From NCBI GenBank assembly GCA_951804945.1, contig OX638161.1, positions 4,340,001 to 4,404,000 of the forward strand: a DNA stretch of 64,000 nt, written 5' to 3'. The notes below the pieces were generated by a model. That model had not been told where the DNA came from and made no database searches. It worked only from the letters and a program-made list of their open reading frames with translations. This document shows, in pieces, positions 22,891-35,789 of the stretch. Origin of the DNA: Podarcis cretensis. Taxonomy: Eukaryota. How positions within the stretch are numbered: position 1 is the first letter of the stretch; each line of letters begins with the position of its first letter. The position numbers were made by a program, and so were the translations under genes.

Positions 22891-23975
22891 GTTGTTATAA
22901 TATACAATGCTTAATGCTGATGAGTTGGTTCTGTTTGTTCTTTCACACAAAAAATAGAACAGAATGCAATGGGATTTCATATGTAAAATTTTATTTAAGA
23001 ATGTTGGCTACCATGGACCAAAAAGGTACTGCTTTTTCACACGTCCACCACAGATGGACAAACTCTCTTTAATCCCTACCGCAGTGCCAACATTTACTAT
23101 CTCCTTTTCCCCCATGTGGGGGATTTTCAAGGTGTCTATTGAAACTTTGAATGGTTGTCTTAATAAATTCTGGTTTTAGCTTGTAGCAAGTGAGAAAGTG
23201 GGTGCTTGATTAAATAGAAAGTTCTGCATAACCTCTTCTATATAATTTACTTGTAAATCTTGGCTCTGTTAAATTTTATAATGAATATTTCCTTTCCTTG
23301 GCAAAATCTGCAAGCCAGATAGATAATATGCAGGCTCCCAGAGAAGAGATTACAGCCAGTCTTTCGACTTTTCCTCCCATCTTTTTTTACTCCCAATGCT
23401 ATGTTGAGCTAAGCCAAGCCTTTGGCTAGGCGTGCCGTCAAAACCTGGGCTCACGGTTAACCTCTCTGCTTACTAACCATGAGCAAACTACAGTAACTGT
23501 TTTTGGCTCATTTTGTATTAACAATGTTGATTTTCAGCATACCAATCAAGTAGTTATATTGTTGTCAATTGCTTCTACTTTTTTCACTTTTGTACTCATT
23601 CTTTGTAAATTCTTCTAGATTCCTATGTTGTTGTTTGTTGGTTCCTCTGCCGGCCATGTGATGAACTTCCCTCCTAGCCTACTCAGGACAGGATGTGGGA
23701 CGGATCTGGTCTCTTTGGCGGATGTGGGCTGGGATGACGAAGGGGAGACACAGAAGTCCTGTGCAGGCATTTCATTTTAGGACTATGTAAACATGTGAGA
23801 TGAGCCTGTCTCCCTCTGCCTTTTCACTGACTTTTCAACTCATGAAAGATGACTATCTTAACTGAGGAGCCTCTTGTATCCACGGTGGCTCCCTGCATGT
23901 TTTTAGAACCCTAATTTTCCGAAACAAGTGGAGATCCTTCACATATACAAAAGGTTCTCCACTTCAGAAAGACAA

Positions 23976-24244
23976 TGTTAAGTTGTGGGTGAACATATCA
24001 GACGACACAGCGATTCTTCAGACAGCTCATGTTTATTCACAGGCCAGAACAGAACTGAACTGAAGGTTTCAGCCAACCTGCTTATATAGAGCTCCACTAC
24101 AAAGCAACAGTAACAACTTTTTGTAACTATCCAATCACTGAACGTCACTTTCTATTCCTTATTTGCATGTGCAGACCTGAGTGAAATCTATCTACACTAT
24201 CCCCCTGCTGGCCCAGGGTGAGAACTTAACATAAGTGCATAACA
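23976..24244 (-). mobile_element. Solo LTR, copy 2 (inverted)
   Basis: Reverse complement of copies 1 and 3; flanks GACAA/GACGC. Confidence 0.85.
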
Positions 24245-24336
24245 GACGCCTTCCACAGGCTGTGACTGTATGAGTAGAGGACATTGCGCAAATGTGCTCC
24301 TTTCCTGTTTTAGCCATTCTGCCAGTGTCTCTGGAA

Positions 24337-24911
24337 CAGGGGTCAGCAAACTTTTTCCCTCAGACCTTGTGGGGGGCCAGACTATATTTTTTTGGGGGGG
24401 GGGATGATGCAAGAGCACCACAAGCCCTGGTGGCTGCTTACCTGTGTCTTGTGAGCGACAGGGGCTGGCGGCAGCAGCGGAGAGACGATGAGCAGCGTGC
24501 GAAAGGGCTTTGGAGAGGGGCTGCTTAACATGGCGGCTGCTCAAGAGGGGCACTCAGCCAACCACGGCTCCTGGGTCTTGCGAGTGGCAGGGGCTGGCAG
24601 CGGTGGCGGTGGAGGGATGATGAGCAGCATGCAAAAGGGCTTCAGAGAGGGGCTGCTTAAAATGGCAGCCGCTCAAGCTCTGCTGCTGCTGCTGGCACCA
24701 ACAAAGCCCAGCCACCTTCCTCCTCTAGGCAGGGCAGCGAGAAGCCAGGAGGAGGGGAGGAGGTGGTGCCGGCCGTGTGAAGGAGAGGGAGGGAGAGGGA
24801 AAGAACGCGTGCGCTGGAGATCCACGTGGCGATTCCCAGACCGTCCACGGGCCGGATCCAGAAGGCAATTGGGCCTGATCCGGCCCATGGGCCTTAGTTT
24901 GCCAGCCCATG
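24337..24911. mobile_element. Non-autonomous hAT element (long variant with GC-rich internal repeats)
   Basis: CAGGGGTCAGCAAAC...GCCCATG termini; perfect TSD CTCTGGAA. Confidence 0.85.
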
Positions 24912-25132
24912 CTCTGGAACAATGACATCAATGTGATGTTCCATAGGTGTCTTGGAGTTCAGTGGCACAGCAGGGCTTCTGCCAAACCCTGTAGGCCTTC
25001 AACCAACATCATTTGAGTAAAATATTGTTATGTTAATCTCTCTGTACATGAATTATGTCTGACACAACATGTAACCATTCTTGTTTCATGGACTACTTTG
25101 AAAAGCATGGCATGTTCAGGTTAATTTAATAT

Positions 25133-25206
25133 TTTTATTTTATTTTATTTTATTTTATTTTATTTTATTTTATTTTATTTTATTTTATTTTATTTTATTT
25201 TATTTT
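25133..25206. repeat. (TATTT)n pentanucleotide microsatellite
   Basis: Seen directly in the sequence. Confidence 0.97.
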
Positions 25207-26140
25207 AGTGTCTTTGTTGTTTTCTTCTCTGTATATTTCTGCAGTGCAAAATCATCTTATTTGCAATAACAAAAAGACCCAAAGGAGAATGTTAAAAACC
25301 TGCAAAAGGAGAATGTTAAAAAACACCACTAATTTCCTTCATTTCCAGCAAAATAAGCCATCACTGTTAAACTGTATAATTGACACCATTGCTTAGGGAA
25401 CAAACCTATGAATCTTATTAGAGACAAATTCATTACTTTAAATCCACCCTTAGGATGCAGAGCTCATCAAAGGAACCTCAGGAGGCTGCAGCTTAGAGAA
25501 TGAGATGATTTGAGGCTACAAATCTACAGATTTGCTGTAATTAACCTGAACTAATTATTGTCAAGCATTGGGTCAGACATCATGGAGAAAGGTCTTCCAG
25601 GCTAGTTTTTAGGTCTCTTCAGTTTACACTAAGAATGGTTTTCACCAAAGAAAGGAAGCACAACAGACCTGCAACTCTATTGTTAGCCTTTAACCGGTCA
25701 TCACACCAAGGCAAAGTGAGCTCAAACAACAAATTTACATTTACTTCAGGTGTGTTCATATGCACAACACTCATGAAGGCACTATGACCTACTTGACCCT
25801 GTCAAGTAGGAAATAAAAAACTGGGGGTAGGCACCACAGAGTATACTCTGGGCCACCCAAAATCAAACATCCCCACCTCCAGAAGAATAACCTTCATAAG
25901 TTGCCATTGAGTTGCATTTGGCCCATCGCTTTCCGAAGGTGCAGGGCAATGTTGAATATAGCATCTCCTTGCCAATAATCATCAAAATATGCACAAACCA
26001 ATAAGGAGCTGGGGGTGTATATTCCACTACAAAGGCAGCCCTGTTTAGGGAACCTTTTAATGTTTAATAGACTATTGTATTTTAATATTTTGTTGGAAGC
26101 CGCCCAGAGTGGCTGGGGAAACCCAGCCAGATGGGTGGGG

Positions 26141-26617
26141 TGTTGTTGTTGTTGTTTAGTCGTTTAGTCATGTCCAACTCTTCGTGACCCCCAGGCACTC
26201 CTGTCTTCCACAGCTTCCCACAGTTTAGTCAAACTCATGCTGGTAGCTTCGAGAACACTGTCCAACCATCTCTGTCATCCCCTTCTCCTTGTGCCCCCCA
26301 TCTTTCCCAACATCAGGGTCTTTTCCAGGGAGTCTTCTCTTCTCATGAGGTGGCCAAAGTATTGGAGCCTCAGCTTCACGATCTGTCCTTCCAGTGAGCA
26401 CTCAGGGCTGATTTCCTTCAGAATGGATAGGTTTGATCTTCTTGCAGTCCATGGGACTCTCAAGAGTCTCTCTCCAGCACCATAATTCAAAAGCATCAAT
26501 TCTTCGGCCATCAGTCTTCTTTATGGTCCAGCTCTCACTTCCATACATCACTACTGGGAAAACAATAGCTTTAACTATACGGACCTTTGTTGGCAAGTTG
26601 ATGTCTCTGCTTTTTAA
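26141..26617 (-). mobile_element. RTE/BovB LINE 3' fragment inserted in an L2-like tail
   Basis: Minus-strand remnant VVMYGSESWTIKK...LRVPWTARRSN...LQYFGHLMRREDSLEKTLMLGK, the BovB ORF C-terminus; (CAA)n tail. Confidence 0.9.
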
Positions 26618-27238
26618 ATAATAATAATAATAATAATACACCCACACATCAAGGACAGTGTCCTCTTTGAGATAGCTTTGAATCACATCCAACCAGGGGT
26701 TGCCCATCCCGTTTTGCAGCCTGAGGTATGGAGGGGGGGTGGGCATGCCTACATTGGTGCCCCTTGGATTTCACTGTCTTGGGCGGCTGCCTTGATCTGC
26801 CTCGTGGATGGGACAGCATTGCAACTGACCCTAAGCATTCTCCGGTGCATAAAACTGTCAGGGTAAGGGCTTCACCTATGCCAATAAACAACCAAAATGA
26901 GTAGAAAGGGTTAAGGACTGGGGGGGATGCAAAACCCAAAATAAGTTTTGGGTGGTTCGCCACAAGCTTTAGAGCCACATAACTAGGAGAGTGTTCTGTG
27001 CAAAATGGCATTGAATTCAATGCCATCTCATTAAGATTCAATGCCATCACATGGAGGACATTCTGTAAGAAGTGTGGATATTTGATTTGTGACAGCCCGA
27101 AGTTTATTGTGGGGTACACACACCCCGTTTTCTATTTGTCACTGTCATTTGAGTTAATCACATATTCGGTGAGTGTTGCACATATACAGCAGTTCTGACA
27201 GGAGAAAATGATTGTACGTCGAAGGGGAACATCCCCTC

Positions 27239-27503
27239 TGTTATGTACTGAAGTTCTCACCCTGGGCCAGCAGGGGGATACTGCAGATAGTTTTCACTCA
27301 GGTCTGCATATGCAAATAATGAATTGAAAGTGGCGTTCAGTGATTGGATAGTTACAGAAAGTTGTTACTGTTGCGTTGTAGTGGAGCTCTATATAAGCAG
27401 GCCGGCTGAACCCTTCAGTTCAGTTCTGTTCTGGGTCTGTGAATAAACAAGAGCTGTCTGAAGAATCGCTGTGTCGTCTGATATGTTCACCCACAACTTA
27501 ACA
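27239..27503 (+). mobile_element. Solo LTR, copy 3
   Basis: TGTTA...TAACA; perfect 5-bp TSD CCCTC. Confidence 0.9.
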
Positions 27504-28861
27504 CCCTCGTCATGGTAATATAAGTTATGGGGTAGGCTAAGTTTGCTTTGGTTTGGGGGACATATACATTTTAATTCTTTTTAACTGGTTTCTGAAAGAG
27601 CTGTGTTTATAATTGTCATTCATCTCATGAACTGCTATTCACCATCTTTAGCATTGTCCCCCCAAACCACTCAATTCCACATTATACACAGACCACTTTG
27701 TAAGCACAGGAACTGGCTTGGCCCCACCATTTGTTCCACCTCACAGATAAAGCAACAACCTTAGTAAACAATGGGATGAAAACTGATTAATTGTGTAATC
27801 TTTCCAAGGAACTTACTGTTTATCTGGTTGATTGTCCAAATGAAAAATTATTTATTACCTTTCTTATTTCTTCTCATTTCTTATTTTTAAGCACAGTTTA
27901 ACCAAATAATATTGTATTTTATTTTGATTTTTTAAAAGAAGAAGAAGAAGTTTGTATACCATTTAAAATACTTATTTAAAATGTGGTAAGATTATTTTTT
28001 AAATTAAATAAATGTCATTTGCCTTGTAAACTACTAAAATTACATTCACACTACTTTTAAGTTACATCCAGGAGAAAGCCCCAGTGTATTCAGTAGGACT
28101 TACTCCTGAGTAGACATGGTTATGGCTACACTGTAAGTTGCAGTGCTTGTTTGCCTGATTGTTAATTAACCATTAGCTCAAGACCATGCTGACAGACTGC
28201 TCAAGAAATGTTTTTGTCTGAAGGGGAACAGGTCTATTTGGTTAATTCATCCAAGGTTATCTATAGCAGGCATTAAAAGCTATGGTAAATGACGTAAACT
28301 GAGAGCCAGGATCCCAACCCACATAAAAATGCATATAGCTCTACTGTATTGCCAGTGGACATCACTAACTACTAATATCTGAGAGATGAGACATCACTAA
28401 AGCAAACCCCTCTGAAACTCCACATGGAATGGTAATTCTATTCCCTTTAGATTTTTTTCCTGTGCTATTAATCTCCCAACTTCTTTCCAAGTCAGTAAAA
28501 CACATTATCTGCATAATCATAATGCTGTTAACATCCTTGTGTATCTACTATTTATGCTCCTCTTTATGCAAAGTAGATGCTGTTTTCAATCTCAGAGCTT
28601 TAAGATGCTGTATATTAGAAAATTTTGTCAGAAATATGCTAGCAGGTCAGCAGAATGGAATACCAGAGCAATGTGCACCACACTATTTCTCTGTGTGTGT
28701 ATTTAAAATTTAGAAATCAGCTAACTATTGTTGAAAGATGCATTCTTCATTGTCTGCATCAGCCTGACAGAATAGGAAGGCTTTCAGCAGGCGTTTAAAA
28801 GCTGAAACAGAAGGCACCTGCAAAATCTCCACAATATTCCACAATATTATGCCAATAGCAG

Positions 28862-28987
28862 TCAGAGAATCATAGAACTGTAGAGTTGGAGGGTCATCTA
28901 GTCTAACCCCCTTCAACACAGAAACCTTTTGCCCAGTGAGGGGCTCAAACCCGTGACCCTGAGATAGAGAGTCCCATGCTCTACCGC
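28862..28987 (-). mobile_element. tRNA-derived SINE with CR1-like tail
   Basis: Minus strand reads GGTAGAGCATGGGACTCT...GGTTTGAGCCCC and ends ...CCAACTCTACAGTTCTATGATTC; same family as 41300-41431. Confidence 0.7.
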
Positions 28988-30899
28988 TTGTTGTTGTTGA
29001 AGTCAAATGAGCCTCATCACCTTGGGGAATGACCAGCGATGTTCCTGCAGAAGGTGTCTGCAGAGGTTACTCCCCTGTTGAAGCCTCACTTCCTGGGGGT
29101 GTGTGGCAGCAGCAGGTGGAGCGCCTCTGGGGGCGCCGGCGCATGGCATCCCACCACCTGAGGCAGCTGATTCACCCCACCTCATGGGTGGGCCGGCCCT
29201 GGATGCCAGTGATCAGTTTGGTATATGAATATATATTGTGTATTAAGTTTAGAGAGTCAGGACAGAGGATATTGACAAATTGCAGATTTGATTATGAACT
29301 GGCTTACTTTTGACAAATGAATCCACTAATCAGCAGATTGAACTGAATAGTTCATTGTCTTTAAAATGGGTGCTAAATTGCACTGCCAGTTTTAAAACTG
29401 GGCAATTATTTAAAAAGAATTTCCCAAACAAATGTACATATAGATCATTTTAAGCAGTACTGCCAGGGTAGAATGTTCTTGCCTAGAAGATATGTTTTTA
29501 AACCATTTAAGCCACAGAGTTTATACTTACTCACATTACTTTGCCCACAGCAAACACCTCAGCCAAGCTCTTTGTTCCAAGCAGGTTTCTTATGTTTGTG
29601 CTTCTAGCTGTTCTCACAGTTTAATGGATGGCCCCAGGCCACAGTTTTCTCTTTCTGGCTGCAGAAGTCAATTTCACTGATGTTGTCCAAATTGTGGTTC
29701 CATCACTTTCTGGTATCTATTCATTAAATCTGTTCTTATGGCCTATCCACTTCCAAGTCATGTGTGTATGAACATCCACAACGTATCATTTAAACATTTG
29801 CCAATTGCTATTTGCCAATTTTCACTCTGTGCCCATGAGTGAAAACCTGAGAGGCAGCCAGCTTTACCTGAACCACGTTTTAACCCTTTGGGGACCAATG
29901 GCGGGTCTACACTCATGGTTTATATCGTTAAGGAAGGGTTAAGGAATGAATTTCAAAATTGTAAGGGACACGTTACATTTTGCTTGGAATGCTAATAATG
30001 CGTTATAAAAATGTGACACCAGAGGGCATACCAGGATCCAGCCCAAACTGAGAGTGAAACCTTCATGTGAATATTCACAAACAATTTATGGATAAAACTA
30101 AAGGAATAACAGTGTAAACTGAACTGGCCAAAATTATGATAGGCAAGCAGGGGCTGGTTGAGGCTACAGATGGCCAGGTACAAAAGTAGTGGACAGGCTC
30201 TGGAACTGATTTGGAGACAGTGCAAAAGGCAACAATTGGCAGACTCATTAGAAACAAGCAAGCATGCAAAGGGATCATCTAGTACAGATGGGTCCCCAGA
30301 TGTTGTTGGACTACAACTCCCATCTTCCCTAGCTAGCGATGATGGGATTTGCAGTCCAGCAACATCTGGGGATCCATGGTTGAGAAAGACTGGTCTAGAA
30401 TTACAACTGGCAGGTCCTCTCAGCAACATGGTGTGTTTAAGGTTAGTGGGTGTGTATTTTATTGGAGCTACATGCTGTTTCACTACTTGGGGCCACACAA
30501 AACATGCAAATGAAGACTAAAATTTCCCACTGGTGGTTGTGGTTTGTTTTGGGTTTTTTTTTTGTTATGTTTGCTAACTACGAGCCCCAGAGGGCTGCTT
30601 TGGAACTACTACTCTGAGAGAAAGTGTTCAGACTTTTCTTTCCATGCCTTTACCCTAACTTGTCCTCTTCAAGCAGCTATTAGTTTTGCTAAGGGTAACA
30701 GAGGTAAGAAAACTCCAAAAGATTTGGCGATGGGGGTGGAAGAAACTGTCAGTTTTTTGTTCCCTCTCCATTTCTTATTTTTTGCATATTCTTTTCCATT
30801 TTTTCCATCTTAAATTCAGTTCTTCACATTTTGCAGCAACCTGTGATATATATATACATATTTGAACTTCATGAAAACATGTCAGTATTAACAGTATTT

Positions 30900-31230
30900 C
30901 AGTGCTAAGGAGTGTCTCCACCCCCATCATTCTGCCCGGACACTGAGGTCCAGTGCCGAGGGCCTTCTGGCAGTTCCCTCGCTGCGAGAAGCAAAGTTAA
31001 AGGGAACCAGGCAGAGGACCTTCTCGGTGGTGGCACCCGCCCTGTGGAACAGCCTCCTGTCAGATGTCAAGGAGATAAATAACTACACAACTTTTAGAAG
31101 ACATCTGAAAGCATTTAAAAGATATATGAAGGTAGATATCTAAAGGCTTCCTGTATCAGGAAGTTTTTAATGTTTGGTGTTTTATTATGTTTTTATATGT
31201 GTTGGGCAGGGTATAAATAATAAAATCGTT
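30900..31230 (+). mobile_element. L2-like LINE 3' fragment
   Basis: Remnant ...RTFSVVAPALWNSL...FRRHLK followed by the typical 3' UTR tail. Confidence 0.7.
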
Positions 31231-32678
31231 GCTGCTGTTGTTGTTGTTGTTCCCAAATAAATCAATTTTTATGTTTGCAAGTATTTCCCCCCTGATATAA
31301 TGCAGTTTGTATGTTGTTTTCACTAATATAGTCATTTTATGCACACTTTCCCCTAAAATATGCATTTCTGGGGTGGCGGGGGGGGGAATTGGTTGGAGAA
31401 GTGCATCACAAAATTTGGATAAATGTGAATTTTGAAGGATGGCTGCGTTTCAGTTTGCGTATTGTTTTGGCCCCTCTTAAATGTGAAGTGAATCAAATAT
31501 ATCCCCATCTCGAAGACAAAGCTTTCTATGGCTGCAGTACAAAGGAGTAAACCACTGAAAATAGGACTAAAATGAGAGGAGGTGTAAAACCATGCCACCA
31601 TCTCCCTTACATGGTAGACCCACACTTTCAAAATCTTATAGGGCGTTTTAAACACTCATTTAAAATCTTTTTTTTATACTTAATACTTTATACACTTTTT
31701 AACCTATGTGCATACAGTATTGTGGGGAGAACATCCTATTTTATACTACATTATTACACTTTTTTTAAAAAAAACCACACACATTTTGATTTTTCATTGC
31801 ATACTTCCCGCCAAAAGATAGGCAAATAAATGCACCTGGAAAAAGAAGAATATTGACATTAGTTGTGAAAGAGACTAAGCATACACAAAAGCTTTGGGAC
31901 ATCTGGTAAGATTATATTTTCATTATAAGATTGAAACTGAAACAGGCTTGGCTGAAATAGTGATGTGATGCAAAATGTGTCTGTATTTTTTGTTGATGTT
32001 ATCTTTCATGCCCATAGAATACATTAGGTTTTATTATGCATTTCCTCTTTGGGAGAAATATAAATCACAAGATATTTTCTGCACTTGCCAAATGAAATAG
32101 TCCCCCAGGACACAAAAATGTTTAAAACCTGCCTTGTATTGAAAGTTGCTAACAATTAAAATCAGAGACGTGTTTATGGAGAACCGTAAATCACAGGACT
32201 AGGCTAAAATAGGCATGTGTAAAAGTCTCTGTAGGATAAAAATTCTAGCAGTAAAATATAGGAAAACAAGAAAACATTATATATGGCTATAAGAACATTT
32301 TTTGTGATACATGCTTTATCCTTCTTCCCATTGATGTAATGTTTTCTGTGTAATTATGTGTATATAGACACGCAAAAAATCAAACAAATATCAACAGGAA
32401 ATAAGCATTGAGTACATATAGCATCAATCATTTATTGAAATAACTGCATAAAATATCATTAAACGACCTGCTTATGTGGATTTGAATGGGGCACCCAACC
32501 AATATATTGTTATAGATTAGAGGGGACCCACCTAAACCCTAGAAATTAAAAAATGTGAGCAATGCTAGAGAACTGTCTGGAAAGATTTTAAAGCCTGCCC
32601 CCGCTACACGGGAGACAGATTGAAGAAATGGAGACACGAATTGGCCTGCCCCATAGCTTGACCAATTGCAGCTAGGAA

Positions 32679-33291
32679 CATAGCTGTCAAGTGTCCCTTA
32701 TTTGAAGGGACAGTCCCTTATTCCAGCGCCATGTCCCGCTGCTGTCCCTTATTGATAGATGTCCCTTAAATGTCCCTTAAATAATGCCCCTTAAATTTCA
32801 AAGGAAGCAGCTCCTCTCCCTCCCTCCCTCGCTGCCGGCCAGGGAGGAGGGAGGCTCCAACTGTGTTGCTTGGCTGTGTTGCTCACCCAATAAGAAGTCT
32901 AAGAACGACTGGGGGGTGGAGCTTGCATGCCTTGTGTGTGGCTAGTTAATGCAAGCTGAGGGGGTTTTTGAATGCTGGACGCCATTTTGTTGCACGTGCT
33001 GCTGCAAACTTTGCAGTGCAAAGCCAGGGCAGGGAGCCATCTTAAGTTGAGGCTGCATAGGCCTTGTGGTGCATGTGATTCAGATTCTATTCAGTTGAAC
33101 TTCTGGTTACAAAGTTGGTTGGACAGTGTTCTCAAAGCTACCAGCATGAGTTTGACCAGACTGCAGGAGGACAGGAAGACTGGAGTGCCTGGAACAGGTG
33201 AGGCTGCAGGTCCCTTATTTTCAAGGCTGCAGGTCCCTTATTTTCAAGGCTGCTGGTCCCTTATTTTCAAATCTGTAAGTTGACAGCTATG
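32679..33291. mobile_element. Non-autonomous hAT element with BovB fragment (inverted relative to the 15554 copy)
   Basis: TIR CATAGCTGTCAA; perfect TSD GCTAGGAA. Confidence 0.88.
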
Positions 33292-35789
33292 GCTAGGAAT
33301 GGCTAGGAGCTAGGTGGGGTCATAGATCTTTTTTTTTTTTTTTTTTAAAAAGTAGACTCTCTCACACTGGCCATTTGTTTTAAATGTTCATTTGGGGGTT
33401 CTTGGAGGGGGAGCAATGGCCCGTAATGATGCCCATCTGAGTGGTGCTGCAACTGTGCACTGGCGCACTCTGGCTGAAAAAAAAGCACTGCATTTACCTA
33501 AAAAATACATGCTCATAAAGGCATAAAAATAAGCGCCCATTATCCTGATCTTCCTCAGTGTGGTGCTCACAAATGTGACTTTCTTCCACCTTGCAATTGT
33601 CTCTGCCAGGTATGGAGCTAGACTTTTAGCCCCGAGTGGCTGAGGGCGTGGAGCCAGGAAGTTCTGGGTTCAAATCTCCCTTCACCCTTGAACTTGCTTG
33701 GTGGTTTGAAACAAGCCTCATCTAGTGCCTCAGCCCTCCCCTCCGCTAGAAGATGAGTTAATGCAACAATTCTGGTTAATGAGTTCCCATTGATGGCGTT
33801 TCCATCTCAGGAGTTGCGCTAGAACAATGCTGAGCTTCAAACTCTAATATATTTCCCAAGGGGTTGAAACACCTGCATGAGTGTATTTATTTCCACCTTT
33901 TTAGTTTTTCTAGGAGTTCTGATTGATGCACCATTCAATAAATTCTGACCCTTTAATGAAAGTTGGCAGCTGATCACAAATATTAATCTTTTTATGTCCT
34001 GCTTTTGATAGTTAAGATTTAAAAAAATTCTAATAACACTTTCATTGAAGACACTTTTTAATAAACACTTTCCACCATAAAGCCCTGCTTAAAAAGAGAT
34101 TATTCAAGCAGCTTTTAAACAATTAGTCCTTTGAAAGATTTAATTGGGGAAGATAAACCTGTAGAGAATCTAATGGAGGCGCAGCTCTTCGCCACTCAAG
34201 ATTATCTCTCTGTCACCCAGTGACCCAGCTTCTTCACACTACGTTTTAATTTTTGTACCAATTATACTGTATATGGATAATTCCTATTAGCATATTTATG
34301 GTCATTGCTTCATATTTATTGTCTGCACAACTCATTAATCTTCATCTAGTGTGTGGGGCTGACAGCTCAATCTATTTTGTAATCTTTGGGTGGCAGCCAT
34401 ACCCAGAAAGGGCTTTGTTTCCCTGTAAATAAACTGTGTTGGGACCAGAGGACAATGGTGAATCATATAGTGATTGACACAAGCCAGGGCTGCTAATCAA
34501 AAGTAGATTTTATTACCAGATGAGTCAAGTGCATTATGGGGCCATTGTTCTAGCACTGTCAGGGCAGGAGCGGATGTGGTCAGTCACCTTCTCAAGATGG
34601 GTTGATTGTTCTCCAAGATTACACAGTCGCCCTATTATCCAGCCCAGACAACAAGGCTACTCCCCGCTAAACAGACACCTTTTGCAGAAAACTGCCAGTG
34701 CATTAGGTTGATTTGAATTGCTAATATGTAATCTGTCTAGCACAGATGTGCAATGAATATTGGGATGTTTTGCATGTCAGTTGAGGAGGCTGAATGATGA
34801 GGTGGTGATTATTCAATGATGGCTACTGGACATTCGCCAGCGGTTGAGTTCTAGCACTTTCCTCTGACACTAATCAGATCATCTTCCAAAGACTCATTCC
34901 TTTTGTCGATTCAATGACAATTTATGTAAGAATTTAAGATACCTCCTCTTCTAGTTAACACGGTTGGCAAAAATTTGGGTATTTTGATTTTTTCCCCCAA
35001 ACACGCCCACCTCAAATAGAATAAAAACTTCACACACAGACATGTTACTTATTTATTTTAAAACTTCAATTTCCATTGGAATAAAATTACAAACATATTC
35101 TAAGAGATTTGCCAAAGGCACCTCCTATTTAATGAAATGAATATATATATATATATATATATTATTAAGAATAGCCAGGGACATTGTTATCAAAGTATTC
35201 TATGAATCTGAGTCTAAAAACAAAATGATAACAGGTGCTATTATGACAGGAAACTATAGAAAGCAAAGCAGTGACCTGAAAAAAATCCCTGCAGTGTCTT
35301 TTACAGCTACACACTAACTGTATACTGTATAGTTTCAAAGCTGATTAAAAATATTTAATTGATCAATTACTTGTCTTTTAACTGATCAGTATTATATGTA
35401 ATTGAAATAAACACAAATCCTACCAAAATTCCCCAATGCTTTCTTACTCATAGAAATGCAAGATACATAATTTAATAAACCCATTATTAGAAGAACATTT
35501 TTATTCCATAATAGTAACACATAAAAAATAGCTTCCAAAAATAAACAAGTTTCCCTTAAACTTTCAGCCTACATCAATTTAAAAATTATTCTGTTATTAA
35601 AATAAACCCCAACCAAGAAACTAATACTTACATTTTCATGCTTAAAACCTGCACCCCTACAAATGATTTGCATGGGCATTTCCGGCTCAGATGAAGAAGT
35701 ATTGGTGTCCTAACCAGTGGGACTGCAACAAAATGTTCCAGCATGGGGAGTGTTTCTTGTTCAGGATTTCAGCCAGTCTATCCTCCACC

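Noticed and set aside
22891-23975. Possible inversion between the inverted solo LTRs
   Set aside because: The flanks do not show the reciprocal 5-bp TSD swap expected after an inversion
24197-24931. Several GC-rich ORFs up to 145 aa
   Set aside because: Internal GC-rich repeats of a hAT MITE
35040-35660. AT-rich stretch resembling a minus-strand 3' UTR end
   Set aside because: Could be a distal ALG2 UTR, but AATAAA-like hexamers are expected by chance in such AT-rich DNA
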